This document shows, in pieces, positions 12,722 through 24,715 of a stretch of 64,000 bases of DNA. Every line of letters starts with the position of its first letter. Within the stretch, counting starts at the first letter, position 1. This DNA comes from Octopus vulgaris. Taxonomy: Eukaryota. The stretch lies in assembly GCA_951406725.2 (NCBI GenBank), contig OX597815.1, positions 129,828,001-129,892,000 on the forward strand, given 5' to 3'. The position numbers and the translations under genes were made by a program. The notes beneath the pieces are model-generated. The model searched no databases. It worked only from the letters and a program-made list of their open reading frames with translations, and had not been told where the DNA came from.

Positions 12722-14876
12722 CACTGGTTTACAGAGAAATTGAGATAAACATAAAAATAGTTGTTCTAGCCTTATTTTGGGGTGCTGATTTCAGATACAA
12801 AACCAGTTTTCACTCACCACCTCTAGTTTTTGAGATATATATTATTATGATTTTGTCACAATTTATGTAACCATATATATGAGCAATTTTTATTTTGTTT
12901 TCCAGATTTTTTGTGATACATATGATACATATCTCGACAACAGCTTCAGGCACTTCAAAACACCGAGAATGCATCAAGGTAAATTCATTCTGCTATATGT
13001 GTGGGGATTTCACGACAGTTGAACTGTGTCAAACAATTACTTCCCTCCTGAGAACTGCTTACTTTCATTATTTTGACTGTAAAATTGCAGATCAAGACAA
13101 ATCCTGGGCCCTACACATCTGTTGTAAGCCCTGCTGCAATGGACTAACTGCATGGTTTAACGGTAAGAAAGTAGCCTTCAGCTTTACTGTCCCGATGGTC
13201 TGGAGAGAGCCACGAAGCCATGTAGATGATTGTTACTTTTGCCTAACAAATATAACAGGTTTCATTGCTTCATCTTGAAAAAAGATGAAATATCCCAACC
13301 TTCCCTCAGCTATGAGACCTGTACCCCACTCAGATCTTCCTGTCAAGTTGATCTCTCCTGCCAAATTGATGTTTTCTGAAGACAATGTTTCTGTTTATTC
13401 AGAAGCAAGTGGTAATGAGCCCCCACTGAATCAAGCAGGAAGACCTGAATGACCTTGCTCGTGATTTGTATCTAAGCAGCAGTCAGAGCTCCTGACATCC
13501 CGGCTTAGGCAGTGGAACCTAGTCAAGGCAGATGTAAGGATCACCAGTTTCAGGACACGGAACCAGGAATTTGCTTCATTCATCGACATAGAAAACAGGT
13601 TGTGCTTCTGCACAAATGTTTTTGGCTTGTTCACCTTCCTTGGTTTCCCACACAATCCCTCCTACTGCCATCTTTTCATAGAGTCTTCTAAGTGAAATCT
13701 GAAGGCTGTGCTCCTGCACAATGGGAATAGATACCCCAGCATTCCTATTGCCTACTCAGTCCATCCAAAGGAGTTATATGACAATATTGAGCTCCTTTTG
13801 GAAGCTGTCAAGTACAGCCAATACCAGTACAGTCTCTGCGGGGACCTCAAGGTCATTGGGCTCCTTGTGGGTATGCAAGCGGGCTTCACAAATTACTGTC
13901 ATTTTCTCTGTCTCTAAGACAGTTGGTCTGTGTCCAAACACTACAAGCAGAAGGACTGGGGGTGGTGGTGGTCTAGGAGCACTTTCGTGTCTGGTGAACA
14001 CAGTGTCGAAGAAAATTCTCTGGTGGACTTGAACATGTTGCTTCTTCCTTCTCTTTATATGAAGCTTGGTTTAATGTAGAATTTTGTGAAGGCCATGGCG
14101 CTGCCTTCCAACACTTGTGCACTCTGTTCCCAGTTCTGAGTTCTACTAAACTCAAGGAGGACATCTTTGTCGGACCTTAGATCCGAGAGGTGCTGAAGGG
14201 TAAGGACTTTGAGGAGCTTCTTACCTTAACGGAACTGAGAGCATGGGAAGCATTTAAGTCAGTCTGCCATGGCTTCCTTGGCAATACACGGGTACTACAT
14301 TACCGAGAAGTTGTTACAGTCTTATGACAACATGGGATGCCGAATGTCACTCAAAATTCACTTTCTCCACTCCCACCCCAACTTCTCCCCTCTGAAGCTC
14401 GGAAAAGTGTGTGATTTCCTCCAACATATTACTAAGATGGAGAGCAACTACCAAGGCAAGTGGAACCCCAAAATGGTGAAGGACTTTTACTGGATGCTCT
14501 TGCATGACATCTTGCATGACATCTCGGAGGCAAAGCACATAATATCGTCTAAAAATCTCACTTCTGTCTGCTGTACTATGATGTGTGTGTCTTGTATTAT
14601 CCAAGTAATTTAGTTCCATCAATGTTCTCTATCTATGCTGTTTTTTTTTCTGTAACATGCTTTTGTAATAGATGAAATACAAACATATTTTGAAATTATA
14701 TGCAGTATAATTAAGATGAGATATGTGAAAGCAAAAAAAAAAAAAAAAAAAAACTAGAGGTGATAGAGCAAAACTGCTCAGAAAATTGAATTCACCACAT
14801 CAAAATTAGTGAAAAACACCTATTCACATCCCTGTCGCATGGCAACAAGAAAAAAAAAACATTTTGTAAACCAGTG
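12722..14876 (+). mobile_element. Full-length decayed Chapaev3-like (CMC group) DNA transposon
   Basis: Termini cactggtttaca / tgtaaaccagtg, TTA on both flanks (12719-21, 14877-79), subterminal inverted repeats (cacctctagttttt / aaaaactagaggtg) and an internal transposase pseudogene. Confidence 0.8.
12960..14520 (+). pseudogene. Chapaev3-type transposase, disrupted by stops and frameshifts
   Basis: FCYMCG...DQDKSWALHICCKPC...PMVWREP..H.DDCYFC; YPNLPSAMRPVPHS; LKAVLLHNGN.YPSIP; CGDLKV; GCRMSLKIHFLHSH; ME..YQGKW. Confidence 0.85.
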
Positions 14877-14919
14877 TTATTAGTGGAGCAACAGATTATG
14901 TATGAACCCGCCTGGGGCA

Positions 14920-15140
14920 AAATATGGCTGAACTTGGGTTCTTGGGGAAGAGAATGCAACCTCTTAATTTATACGCCACAAATGATCTCGATATCTGGGG
15001 CAATAAAAATTTGCAAGACCATCTTAAGATTTAAAGGATTGCAGTTAAAGCAAAATATTTTCTTTCACAACTTTGCTATCAAGCAGGTGGCCGGTCAAAA
15101 TTAACCCTGAATTGAAAAGGGCAAAATAACATACATACAC
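14920..15140 (+). mobile_element. 3' end of an RLE-type non-LTR element with (CATA) tail
   Basis: QMISISGAIKICKTILRFK resembles the C-terminus of the element at 15247-15740; ends in aaaataacatacatac. Confidence 0.55.
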
Positions 15141-15246
15141 ATATATATGTGTGACTGTATCTATGCCTTCACACCTATAGCTATATTTCCATGTATGTAT
15201 GTATGTATGTATGTATGTATGTATGTATGTATGTATGTATGTATGT

Positions 15247-15740
15247 CATTGTTCAGTTTTATTTCAAGATTTCTTGCCAATAGAGAAAGGCCCGGTTTCT
15301 AACCTAGATTCAAGGCTCTTTCATTGGAATTTCAACATCAACAACAGGGGATTTCTGATTGTATGTCTCTTCTATTTTTAAATTATTATAAATCTTACAC
15401 TGCGGAAGGAGCCAGTTTCCAATAAAGATAGAAGGTTTCATCTTTGGGATGTAGTTAACACAAACAAATTCACATTTGGAACTTGAGAAAAGTCTTGCAT
15501 ATTTTTACTGTTCCACTCGCAGATTGCACTTGTAATGTACGAATTAACCGATCAATTTCTCTTCCTGAAAATCCCAGTTTATCCAGATTCTTCTTTAAGT
15601 ATTTACTAACAAAACATAGTGCTCCAATTATTATTGGTATGAATATGAATTCATAGTCTGGATATAGAAGCTGGAGGTTTCGAAGCAGTTATTCATAGAT
15701 ATCCTCTTTTTCTTCGATTGTCTTCCACAGAAACATGACA
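15247..15740 (-). mobile_element. 5'-truncated RLE-type non-LTR retrotransposon (ORF C-terminus and 3' UTR) embedded in (CATA)n
   Basis: Minus strand: EEKEDIYE*LLRNLQLLYPDYEFIFIPIIIGAL...LQVQSASGTVKICKTFLKFQM*. (TATG)n on both sides (15192-15246, 15740-15830). Confidence 0.75.
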
Positions 15741-16479
15741 TGTATGTATGTATGTATGTATGTATGTATGTATGTATGTATGTATGTATGTATGTATGTA
15801 TGTATGTATGTATGTATGTGTGTATGTATGTAGTCACATCCCTTTTCTTATTAATCTGAGAAAGTAATCCCCATCTGGTTTACGTAAAATACAGGTGGCG
15901 CTACCTAATATTCACAATGCATAAAGATTGGCATATTATAGTTCGGTTACTTCGACACATCTTCCTCTCTGAATTATCTATATTGCACTGAATTTTTTTT
16001 TATCATCAACCAATTTGTGATACGTAATTTCTTCAATCTATTTATTTACTCCTGTGCTAAATACACACATGCAAATATTCATACTTGCAATTAGTTCGAC
16101 TTGGAAATCAATGTAAACTTCTGTATAGACAAGATTTGTATTTATTTTTTCATTAATTTTACACACTTACAAGTATGTGAATCTGTTCTAGATTTACTGT
16201 CTTGTTTGTTTTAGCACACTAATAATCATATGCACCATGCACGCAACTTGTTGGCATGGAGACGAAAGAGCCATTGAAATACATTCAATTTCTCTTTGCA
16301 TTTCTGCTCTTATCAGCTCATACAAATATCACTACTTTTCTAATGAGATGCAACAATAATATACACCTTATCTAAATATCTGCTGATATTTGTTTAAATT
16401 TTAATTTATATATTTCAATTTTAAATTACTATTCCTTCACTGTTGCATTCCTTGCCACAGAGTCTTATTGCGTTTTACG

Positions 16480-16670
16480 TTTTACTTGCTGAATTCATTG
16501 AACTGCAGCCAAACTGAGGCAGCGTCCTGAAAGGCTTGGTCAAACCAACCAGCCCCAGTACTTATCGTATTATGTTTGGTGCTTATTCTATCGGTGTCTT
16601 TTGGCGAGCTGCTAGGGTAACGGCATTAAGCAGACCAACGCCAGTTGTCAAACGATTGGGAGGACAAACA
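16480..16670 (-). mobile_element. SINE family B 3' half (decayed)
   Basis: cttattctatcggtgtcttttggcga is the reverse complement of the family B tail. Confidence 0.6.
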
Positions 16671-16876
16671 CAAACACATGCACACATATACATAAATATG
16701 CATACACTCAAACATGCATACACACATGCATACGTTCATTCGTACATGCACACACACACACACACGCACAACATATGATGAACTCTCTGGTCGAAGACGA
16801 CGTATAAGCGTTCAGTTTTGGCGAACGGTCTGCGCAAATGATTTGTTTATAGTAATCGAATATATACGCACCATCA

Positions 16877-16879
<3 letters not shown>

Positions 16880-16950
<71 letters not shown>

Positions 16951-16991
16951 ATTAATTAATAAGGGTGAGAGAATTAGATACTAATTTAATG

Positions 16992-17024
<33 letters not shown>

Positions 17025-17069
17025 ATATAGTTATATATATATGTATATATGAATGTATGTATATATGTT

Positions 17070-17117
<48 letters not shown>

Positions 17118-17186
17118 CATACATACATACATACATACATACATACATACATACATACACACACATACACGCACACACATATATAT
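16880..17186. repeat. Compound (TA)n/(TG)n/(CATA)n microsatellites
   Basis: Visible runs. Confidence 0.9.
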
Positions 17187-17197
17187 GATTGTACTTT

Positions 17198-17328
17198 ATA
17201 ATCTCTGACGAGGCCTTGGGATATATGTAAGTACCTCATTTTCAATTGCCTATCACCTCAATACACTTGACTAATATAGGCACAATGAGTTGCTATTATC
17301 TATAGGCTGAAACAGCTGTAAGCGATTT
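17198..17328 (+). ncRNA. Type-I hammerhead ribozyme with long (97 nt) stem II
   Basis: CTGACGA (17205-11); stem II ggcct...aggct with internal ctcatt/aatgag and gcctat/ataggc pairings; GAAAC-AGCT-GTA (17309-20, palindromic acagctgt stem III). Stem I is imperfect (aatct / agcgatt). Confidence 0.75.
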
Positions 17329-17816
17329 TAATAATTTATATTCATGTTTTTTAATTACTGCTTGTATTCTTATCCTATATGCATTGAATAATATACTATA
17401 TGTATGTATGTTATTATGGTTGTCGTTTTGATAAATAAATAAGTCAACATTTTAATGTCCTAAAGTTGAGGAACCAACTAATGTGCTTCTCCATTTTCTT
17501 ATATGAAATATAAATTAATGGTAAAAAATTTCTTTATCTTCACCCAGTTAATACAATAAGTAAGTTTATTGCATTGCAATTAAAAACACTTGTGCATTAA
17601 TAATTGGGTATTATACCAACAGTATATTGGATAAATATTATTCTCTTAGTGGGTCGGGTCCACAACCCCTAACTTTCTTGGTGATATATATATTATATAT
17701 ATATACGTCTGTTTGAATTCGGAACTACTGGTCGTTGGATATGCATTATCTGATGTCGCCTGGTCAGATAAGTATGTTTTATTTTTTCAGCGCTCTCAAA
17801 TTAAAAGTCTTGAATT

Positions 17817-17899
17817 ACTGTACTGAAAAGGAAAATGGGAGAGTAGAAATATGATTTTACATTTTTCACATCCCTCTAACTCCGAAACGCGTATACTGT
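17817..17899 (+). ncRNA. Degenerate type-I hammerhead (G8->A core mutation)
   Basis: actgta-CTGAAAA-gga...tcc-GAAACGCGTA-tactgt. Stems I-III are present, but the core reads CTGAAAA instead of CTGANGA. Confidence 0.6.
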
Positions 17900-18173
17900 T
17901 AATCAAAGCTGGGTGGATTTGTTATTTTTTTTCATCTTTACCTGCATGAGTTGTTGAGTATCGCTGTCTGGGAGATTTTCTTATGGTAGTGAAATAGTAG
18001 TTTTTAACTGCTATTTCTAAATTTCGGTATGTGGTGGTTCAAATTTTTGCTGAACCCTAATTATAATTATACTCATAATTATAGAATTTTTGTTTACCGA
18101 TAATGGTTCTTTTAACATACCGAACTACTTGGTAAAATTATCAATTATTAATTAATTAATTGATTTTACCCTT

Positions 18174-18175
<2 letters not shown>

Positions 18176-18235
<60 letters not shown>

Positions 18236-18275
18236 TAAATATATATATATATATATATTTCAGATACAAACACAC

Positions 18276-18314
<39 letters not shown>

Positions 18315-18332
18315 CTCTCTCTCTCACACACA
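18176..18332. repeat. (TA)n-(CA)n-(CT)n microsatellites
   Basis: Visible runs. Confidence 0.95.
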
Positions 18333-18614
18333 CTTTCTCCCCATTCCTCACCCTCTTGTACTATCTTATATCTCTCCCCTCTTGTATAAATTTCGCAAGA
18401 TATTGATCTAAATCCGTGAGATGAAAGAGAACAGTGATGCATTTTGGTAGAATCATATTTAGTTTGCCGTTGCTTTTCTTTACGTTCTGGATTAAAAACC
18501 CACCGAGGACAACTTTATCTGTTAACTTTTGAGGTCGATAATACAGGTACCAGTTGAGCACTGGTGCCGAATGTAACTTACTAGCCCCTCCACGAAAAAT
18601 TTCAAGCCTTGTGC

Positions 18615-18755
18615 CTTCTTCTTCTTCTTCTTCTTCTTCTTCTTCTTCTTCTTCTTCTTCTTCTTCTTCTTCTTCTTCTTCTTCTTCTTCTTCTTCTTCT
18701 CATCCCCACCTACCCCAAGCTGCCCTTGTGGCCAAAATTTGAAATAATAATAATG

Positions 18756-18819
<64 letters not shown>

Positions 18820-18832
18820 TGATAATAATAAT

Positions 18833-18900
<68 letters not shown>

Positions 18901-18964
18901 TAATAATAAGGAAAGTATAATCTGTCTGACTAAAGACTCCGGTGCATTTTTACCTACACTGTAG

Positions 18965-19044
<80 letters not shown>

Positions 19045-19090
19045 TGATAATAATAATACGTAGGAATAATAATAATAAAAATAATAATAT
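18615..19090. repeat. (CTT)n and (AAT)n microsatellites
   Basis: Visible runs at 18615-18700, 18743-18908 and 18968-19088. Confidence 0.95.
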
Positions 19091-19379
19091 TTTAAAAGGA
19101 TTGACGTAACTCTTCACAAAGGTAAACAGTCAAGACGAAGAGCGCGATTCGATTGTGATAGAGAAATTATTGGTTGAACGATATTTCGACAGGAAGCTTG
19201 TCTTTGTCGAGCTCAAAATAAGAAGCGATAAAAATTCAAAATTATAAAAATTTTAATTTAAAGTATGAACTAGAGAAACCAGCGTCCACTATTTAACTCG
19301 GGCTTTGTTGGAACCTCTGGAGTTTTGCATGCATAGCGAGCTTGCTACCGGCAGCGCACGGTACAATGTTATCTATTCT

Positions 19380-19545
19380 TTTCAACTTTCTTATACTTTT
19401 CTGATGACTCTGCTCGTACCAAGGAGATAAATATTTTTCAACAGCTCTACAGAGCACTATATTCCCATTTCCTTTATATTCCTCTTGATGCCTTCTGATA
19501 CTGTCCTCAAAGACCCAACAATAATGGGTACTATCTTCACCTATT
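19380..19545 (-). mobile_element. R4/Dong-like RLE C-terminal fragment
   Basis: Minus strand VKIVPIIVGSLRTVSEGIKRNIKEMGI*CSVELLKNIYLLGTSRVIRKV*. Confidence 0.7.
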
Positions 19546-20671
19546 TATTTATTGCCGGAATTTATTACAACGTTTCTTCCAGCATTTTACGTTCTAAGTC
19601 CCAAACCAGTATATGTCAACTTTGCCTATCATCCCTTCGAGATCGATAAAATAAAGTACTAGCTAAAATTGCGAGACATGGGCCGAAATTTGAAAACATT
19701 GGTGTTGTTGCTTTGGGTTTATTTATCATTGATGACGAAGATAGTGGTGGAGACGGTGATGGTTGTAGTCTTGTTGTCGATGGTTGTATTTATATTTACT
19801 GTCACAATAACTATGAAACTAACTATTCATATTGACTTGACAGTGTTTTGTTTTTATTCTGTTCGTTGATCCCATTAACATCTCGGCTCTATTCATTATT
19901 ATAGCATTGAATAGATATATTTCAATAAGGAACATTGCATGGAGTTAATGAATAACAAATATAACTCTATTATCTATACATGTATAATAAATAGAAAATA
20001 TGACCCTATTGTGTATGTCTGCGTGTATATTATTCATATAATACTCAATCTTGAATCTGTTCATACATGCATACATACATACTTACATACATATATGTAC
20101 ATATGTATATATTTGTATGTATGTATATATGTATATATATATGCGTGAATGTAACACACACGTATGTACATATATATACATATATACATGTAAAAGCCTA
20201 AGTATGTACTTACATAAACACATGTACACACACGCACACACAGACACACACACACATACACACAGTATCTTGCAGCTGAGATGTAGGAGATTCAGTACTT
20301 GCCTGTGGAGCGCATCATATAGTAAGCTGATAGTCATGCAAGATATACGTTTAATACACTCGTAAAACCATTGATACATAATATCTATTCGGACATTGAA
20401 ATCTCAGGTTTCGTGTAGGCGTGCATTCGTCAGCAAAGAGAAAAAGATTTAGTTGGTTGGTAAATCTATACAGTTCGCGAAGAAGTGTGTAGGTTAGCAA
20501 ATCACATGACACACTCGCGGTTTGGTAACTGAGACAAGATCACCGTCTACAAAAGGAATATGATTGGTAAACTGATATTTCCCCCATCTTTTATATTAAA
20601 ATGCAAAACCTGGGAACAAGAACTTAATTCATATTATTTAGAAATATATCTGAATATTTATTATTAATATA

Positions 20672-20840
20672 AAGGCTGCGACCGGGCAGAATCGTTAGCA
20701 CAGCGGGCAAAATCTTTACCGGTATTTTGTTCTGTTTTTATGTTCTGAGTTCATTTTCAGTCGAGCTCGTCTTTACCTTTCACCCTTTCGGGGTTCATAA
20801 AACAAACACTAGTTGAACTTGTGCCAAAATTGGAAATCAA
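20672..20840 (+). mobile_element. SINE family A (decayed)
   Basis: ggcagaatcgttagca...ttctgagttc...ccctttcggggt. Confidence 0.75.
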
Positions 20841-21113
20841 TATTTATTATTTGTATACATACACACGCAACTATTACACGCTGACTTACATACACAGATA
20901 TATAACAAATAATTAAATGCATACCTACGGGAATGAAAAACTCGGTGTACGCATTTGAAACAGCATTGAGTTAAAATCGCCACCTGTGTATCACACTAAA
21001 CATATACACTCCGTTAAAAGGCACGATGCTGCTGAGATAACTGAGATAAAAATATCTTCATTGACTTATATTAAAAAATCAAAAGCAGTATATATCGGAC
21101 GGAGAGGGACACC

Positions 21114-21127
21114 GTTGCTATAGGGAC
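21114..21127. promoter_or_regulatory. RFX X-box motif
   Basis: gttgctatagggac; its reverse complement GTCCCTATAGCAAC fits GTYNCYATRGYAAC. It lies in non-repetitive sequence. Confidence 0.4.
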
Positions 21128-21442
21128 ACATGAGAAACACGGCCTTGTTTCGCCTTTCTTGGGGCCTACCGATGAAGTGCACTCGTTTACTACCCGCTTG
21201 AGCGGAATTCGCACCTCGATACATGAGAAACAATGAATAAATCATTAACTAGTATTGTGGAAGGTTGTAGAAAAATCTTTCACAATTCCAGTAAACGTTT
21301 CATTATGCGTTTCCTGTATATCAAAGAATGAATTCCATTTAAGCAGGTGACAATCGAGTGCACAACATTTATAAACCTCAAGAAAGGAGAAATGCGTCTG
21401 TCATTTTCGTGAGTCATTGCAGCGAAGATGCTTGTCTCATCC

Positions 21443-21505
<63 letters not shown>

Positions 21506-21682
21506 ACACACGCACATGCATGCATATATGCGTGTGTGTATATTTGCATTTTACACACACACACACACACATACACACACACACACACACATACTGAAAG
21601 ATACATCTAAAACTTTCTTTGTTGACTTTCAACGTAAGTTGAATTTAATATATATATATATATATACATGTATGTCTGTCTG

Positions 21683-21759
<77 letters not shown>

Positions 21760-22087
21760 ATACATACGTATCACTCTTTCATAAATTGGTAGCCCTTGAT
21801 AACTAGTGACGCAGCGCTTTCACTAATTGTTTTAGGCGCCCAAGTAGTCGCTTGTAGATATGGATACTCTTCAGTCTTTCATCCAACGTAACATCAACGC
21901 TGTGATAACTGGAGACAGATAAGTCTGATGCTCATTTTCAGCTTGCATTGCTCAAGGATACAAAGTATCGTCTCTGGGAAATCGAACCCATGATCATGAG
22001 CCCAACACGTTACCTACGAGACCACGTAACGTAAAGTATGCAGGCGCGTGCGTACGTGTGGTGTGGTGGTGGTGATGGTGGTGGTGG

Positions 22088-22127
<40 letters not shown>

Positions 22128-22144
22128 TGCGCTTGAACAAATGA

Positions 22145-22270
22145 CACAAGGCAACTCTCATCCTTCACCCATCCTTCTTTCCGGATTTGGCATCAGTGGT
22201 ATTTCTTTGGTTCGCTAAGTTGAAACCCATATTGAAAGGCCACTGAGTAGAAGCAGTTCAAGATATTGAA
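22145..22270 (+). mobile_element. Mariner transposase remnant
   Basis: LHPSFFPDLASVVFLWFAKLKPILKGH*VEAVQDIE resembles PHPPYSPDLAPxDFxLFPKLK. Confidence 0.55.
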
Positions 22271-22271
22271 A

Positions 22272-22730
22272 ACCCGTCAAGCCAAGTGAAATCATAGTCG
22301 TGGCCGATGCTGGTGTCACATAACTGGCACCTGTGCCAGTAACACATAAAAAGTGCCTTTCAAGCATTGGGGCTACAGAGGCAAGGTGGCCGATGCCGGT
22401 AGCACGTGAAAAGCACTTTTAGAGTGTTGGGTCTTACGGAGAGAATGACGAATGACCGAGACCTTTAGCATTATGCCCTGCTTGAGAAGACCCATCAAGC
22501 TAAGTAAAATCGTAGTTGTGTCACGCAAATGGCACCCGTGCCGGTGGCACGTAAAAGTACCCATTACACTCTCGGAGTGGTTGGCGTTAGGAAGCGCATG
22601 GAGCTGTAGAAACCATGCCAAATCAGACTGGAGTCTGGTGCAGCCTTCCAGCTTGCCAGCACTGGTGAAGCCGTCCAACCCATGCCAGCGCGGACAACGG
22701 AGTTAAATGATGATGATGATGATGATGATG
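22272..22730 (+). mobile_element. SINE-like element, family C, with internal repeats and (GAT)n tail
   Basis: Repeated tggcacc.gtgcc.gt.gcacgt.aaag units; 3' end gccgtccaacccatgccagc...gttaaatgatgatgat. Confidence 0.65.
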
Positions 22731-23003
22731 TATATATTATACATATATATTTATTTGTAGATAAATATCTGTATGTAAAATTCTTAACAATAAAAATTCT
22801 TGATTTATTAAAATTATATCCGCTTTCAGAGGATGTATCGTAATTACTAACTGCTAATTATGATTGACTCCCCTTGAAAAAGGGAGATAATCATAAGATT
22901 AAAAAAATCCTCAAAACTTGTATGCTATTAAAGAAAAGGAAAGGCTTATTGCCTGGGGATATGATATGGACATCTATTCAAACATGCACATACACAAACA
23001 GAT

Positions 23004-23042
<39 letters not shown>

Positions 23043-23234
23043 TATGTATGCACATTCACACAAAATAAGGATTAGAAAGAAATATTCAGAGACGCTTGCT
23101 GCATGAAAATTTGCCAGTGTAGTGTACACTAACATATTTGATGTTATAAAGCAAGGCCACATCACCTGTTCAATATAACTTTGTCATACATACGCACATA
23201 CATACATGCATACACACACACACATACACACACA

Positions 23235-23870
23235 TAGGGAATACGTCTTGAAATATTATAAATCAGAGTACTTGTGATAGCTTTAAGATGGTTACTGTGA
23301 AAGTCAATGTATTTTAAACTATTGTTGGGTTTATGATACGGACTGTATAGGCCGGTAACAAGGTTCATATTTACATCTAGGTAATTAACAGAATCATGTT
23401 AATTTTCTATAGAGATAGATAAACCAAACCAATTAAAGAAATTATGGAACTTTTTCATATATAGTTTTATTTTTCTATTGGATTTACTATTGATCAAAAA
23501 TAGTGCCTCATCTCTATAGAGACCACCTTTACTTTCTGGGAATTCATTATGGAAACGATACTGTATGTAAATACCTAGTAAGTCTGTAACTTGGGCAGAA
23601 TCGGCTGAGCCCATAGTTATGTCAAAATAACAAGTATTATTTTTCTGGCCTAGTACTTTTTATCGAATAGGATGATAGACTTCCTAGCTTCCATAATAAC
23701 TTTAATAATAACTTAGGTTAGAATTATTCCTAGCAAAAATAAATGCACTATTTAGTATAATGGGATTAATTGAAGAATAATAATTATTAACGTCTAATTG
23801 AATGAATTTATTTCTACTTTTATTATCTAATTTATCAAACCAATTAATGGCTTCATAGGTATGGGACCAG
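23235..23870 (-). pseudogene. Penelope-like (Naiad-type) reverse transcriptase fragment
   Basis: FIQLDVNNYYSSI, FDITMGSADSAQVTDLLG, GGLYRDEAL, VNYLDV, YSPYHKPNN..KYIDFHSNH. These correspond to the FDVTMGS.DGAE and GLYRDDGL motifs of Naiad-type PLE RTs. Confidence 0.8.
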
Positions 23871-23878
23871 AGATCTAA

Positions 23879-24208
23879 AATAATTCTAGGATGGAATTTA
23901 TAAATATTTGATACATCGCTATGCGCGTTTCGACAAATCACATGACTTTAACATCAGGGTCCGTATCCTTGGGGTGAGTACAGTATAGTCCGTATTATCC
24001 GTGGGTATCCGGTTAATTATGATCATTGATTCATTTCATTTCATTACCTGATAAAATGAATCAAAGATGATCAACCGGATACCCACGGATAATACAGACT
24101 ATATTGTACTCATCCCAAGGATACGAACTCTGATGTTAAAGTCATGTGATTTGTGGAAACTCCGAAAGCGATATATTAAACATTTATCAATTCCATCCTA
24201 GAATTATT
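23879..24208. repeat. Inverted repeat (~155 bp arms) abutting the Penelope RT; probable inverted pseudo-LTR
   Basis: taattctaggatggaatt...atccgtgggtatccggtt pairs with aaccggatacccacggat...aattccatcctagaatta. It contains a hammerhead-like ctgatgt...gtcgaaacgcgca. Confidence 0.85.
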
Positions 24209-24355
24209 GTTATTATTATTATATTTATCCTACATTATATCGGTATAACTATGATGCAACCCCGGAAAACTGGCTTACTAGTCAGTATCATTAGACGGTA
24301 GCCGCTATAAGGAAATAGGAGCTTTATTTGCATACCATCAACGTTACCATAACCG

Positions 24356-24400
<45 letters not shown>

Positions 24401-24403
<3 letters not shown>

Positions 24404-24699
24404 CAAAATGGGACAAGAACACAAAACATCTGGACAACTAGGTGATACAAAAAAAGAACAATGACGGTCATTCGAAGCCTTTTATCCTTAGTGAAGAACC
24501 GGATCATCCTCGCAATTTCGGCTGATTAATTTTGCAGCCGAAATTGCGAAGATGATCCGGTTCTTCACTGAGGATAAAAGGCTTCGAATGACCCGTCCTT
24601 GTTTTTGTTTTTTTTTGTATCGTCTATCTGGATGTTTTGTAGTCCCTTTTTGTATCACTTAGTTGTCCGGATGTTTTGCGTTCTTGTCCCATTTTGTAT
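24401..24699. repeat. Palindromic element, copy 1
   Basis: atacaaaatgggacaagaac...cgcaatttcggctg-loop-cagccgaaattgcg...gttcttgtcccattttgtat, flanked by (TA)n. Confidence 0.9.
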
Positions 24700-24715
24700 T
24701 TTATATATATATAAA

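Noticed and set aside
16253-16266. Second X-box-like motif near 16253 (gttggcatggagac)
   Set aside because: Mismatch at a conserved position and no supporting promoter features.
19402-19435. CTGATGA followed by ctc...gag
   Set aside because: No GAAA or stem III; the sequence is the antisense of an RLE coding fragment.
24568-24600. ctgaggataaaaggcttcgaatgacccgtc in the palindromic element as a hammerhead
   Set aside because: GAAT instead of GAAA and no convincing stems.
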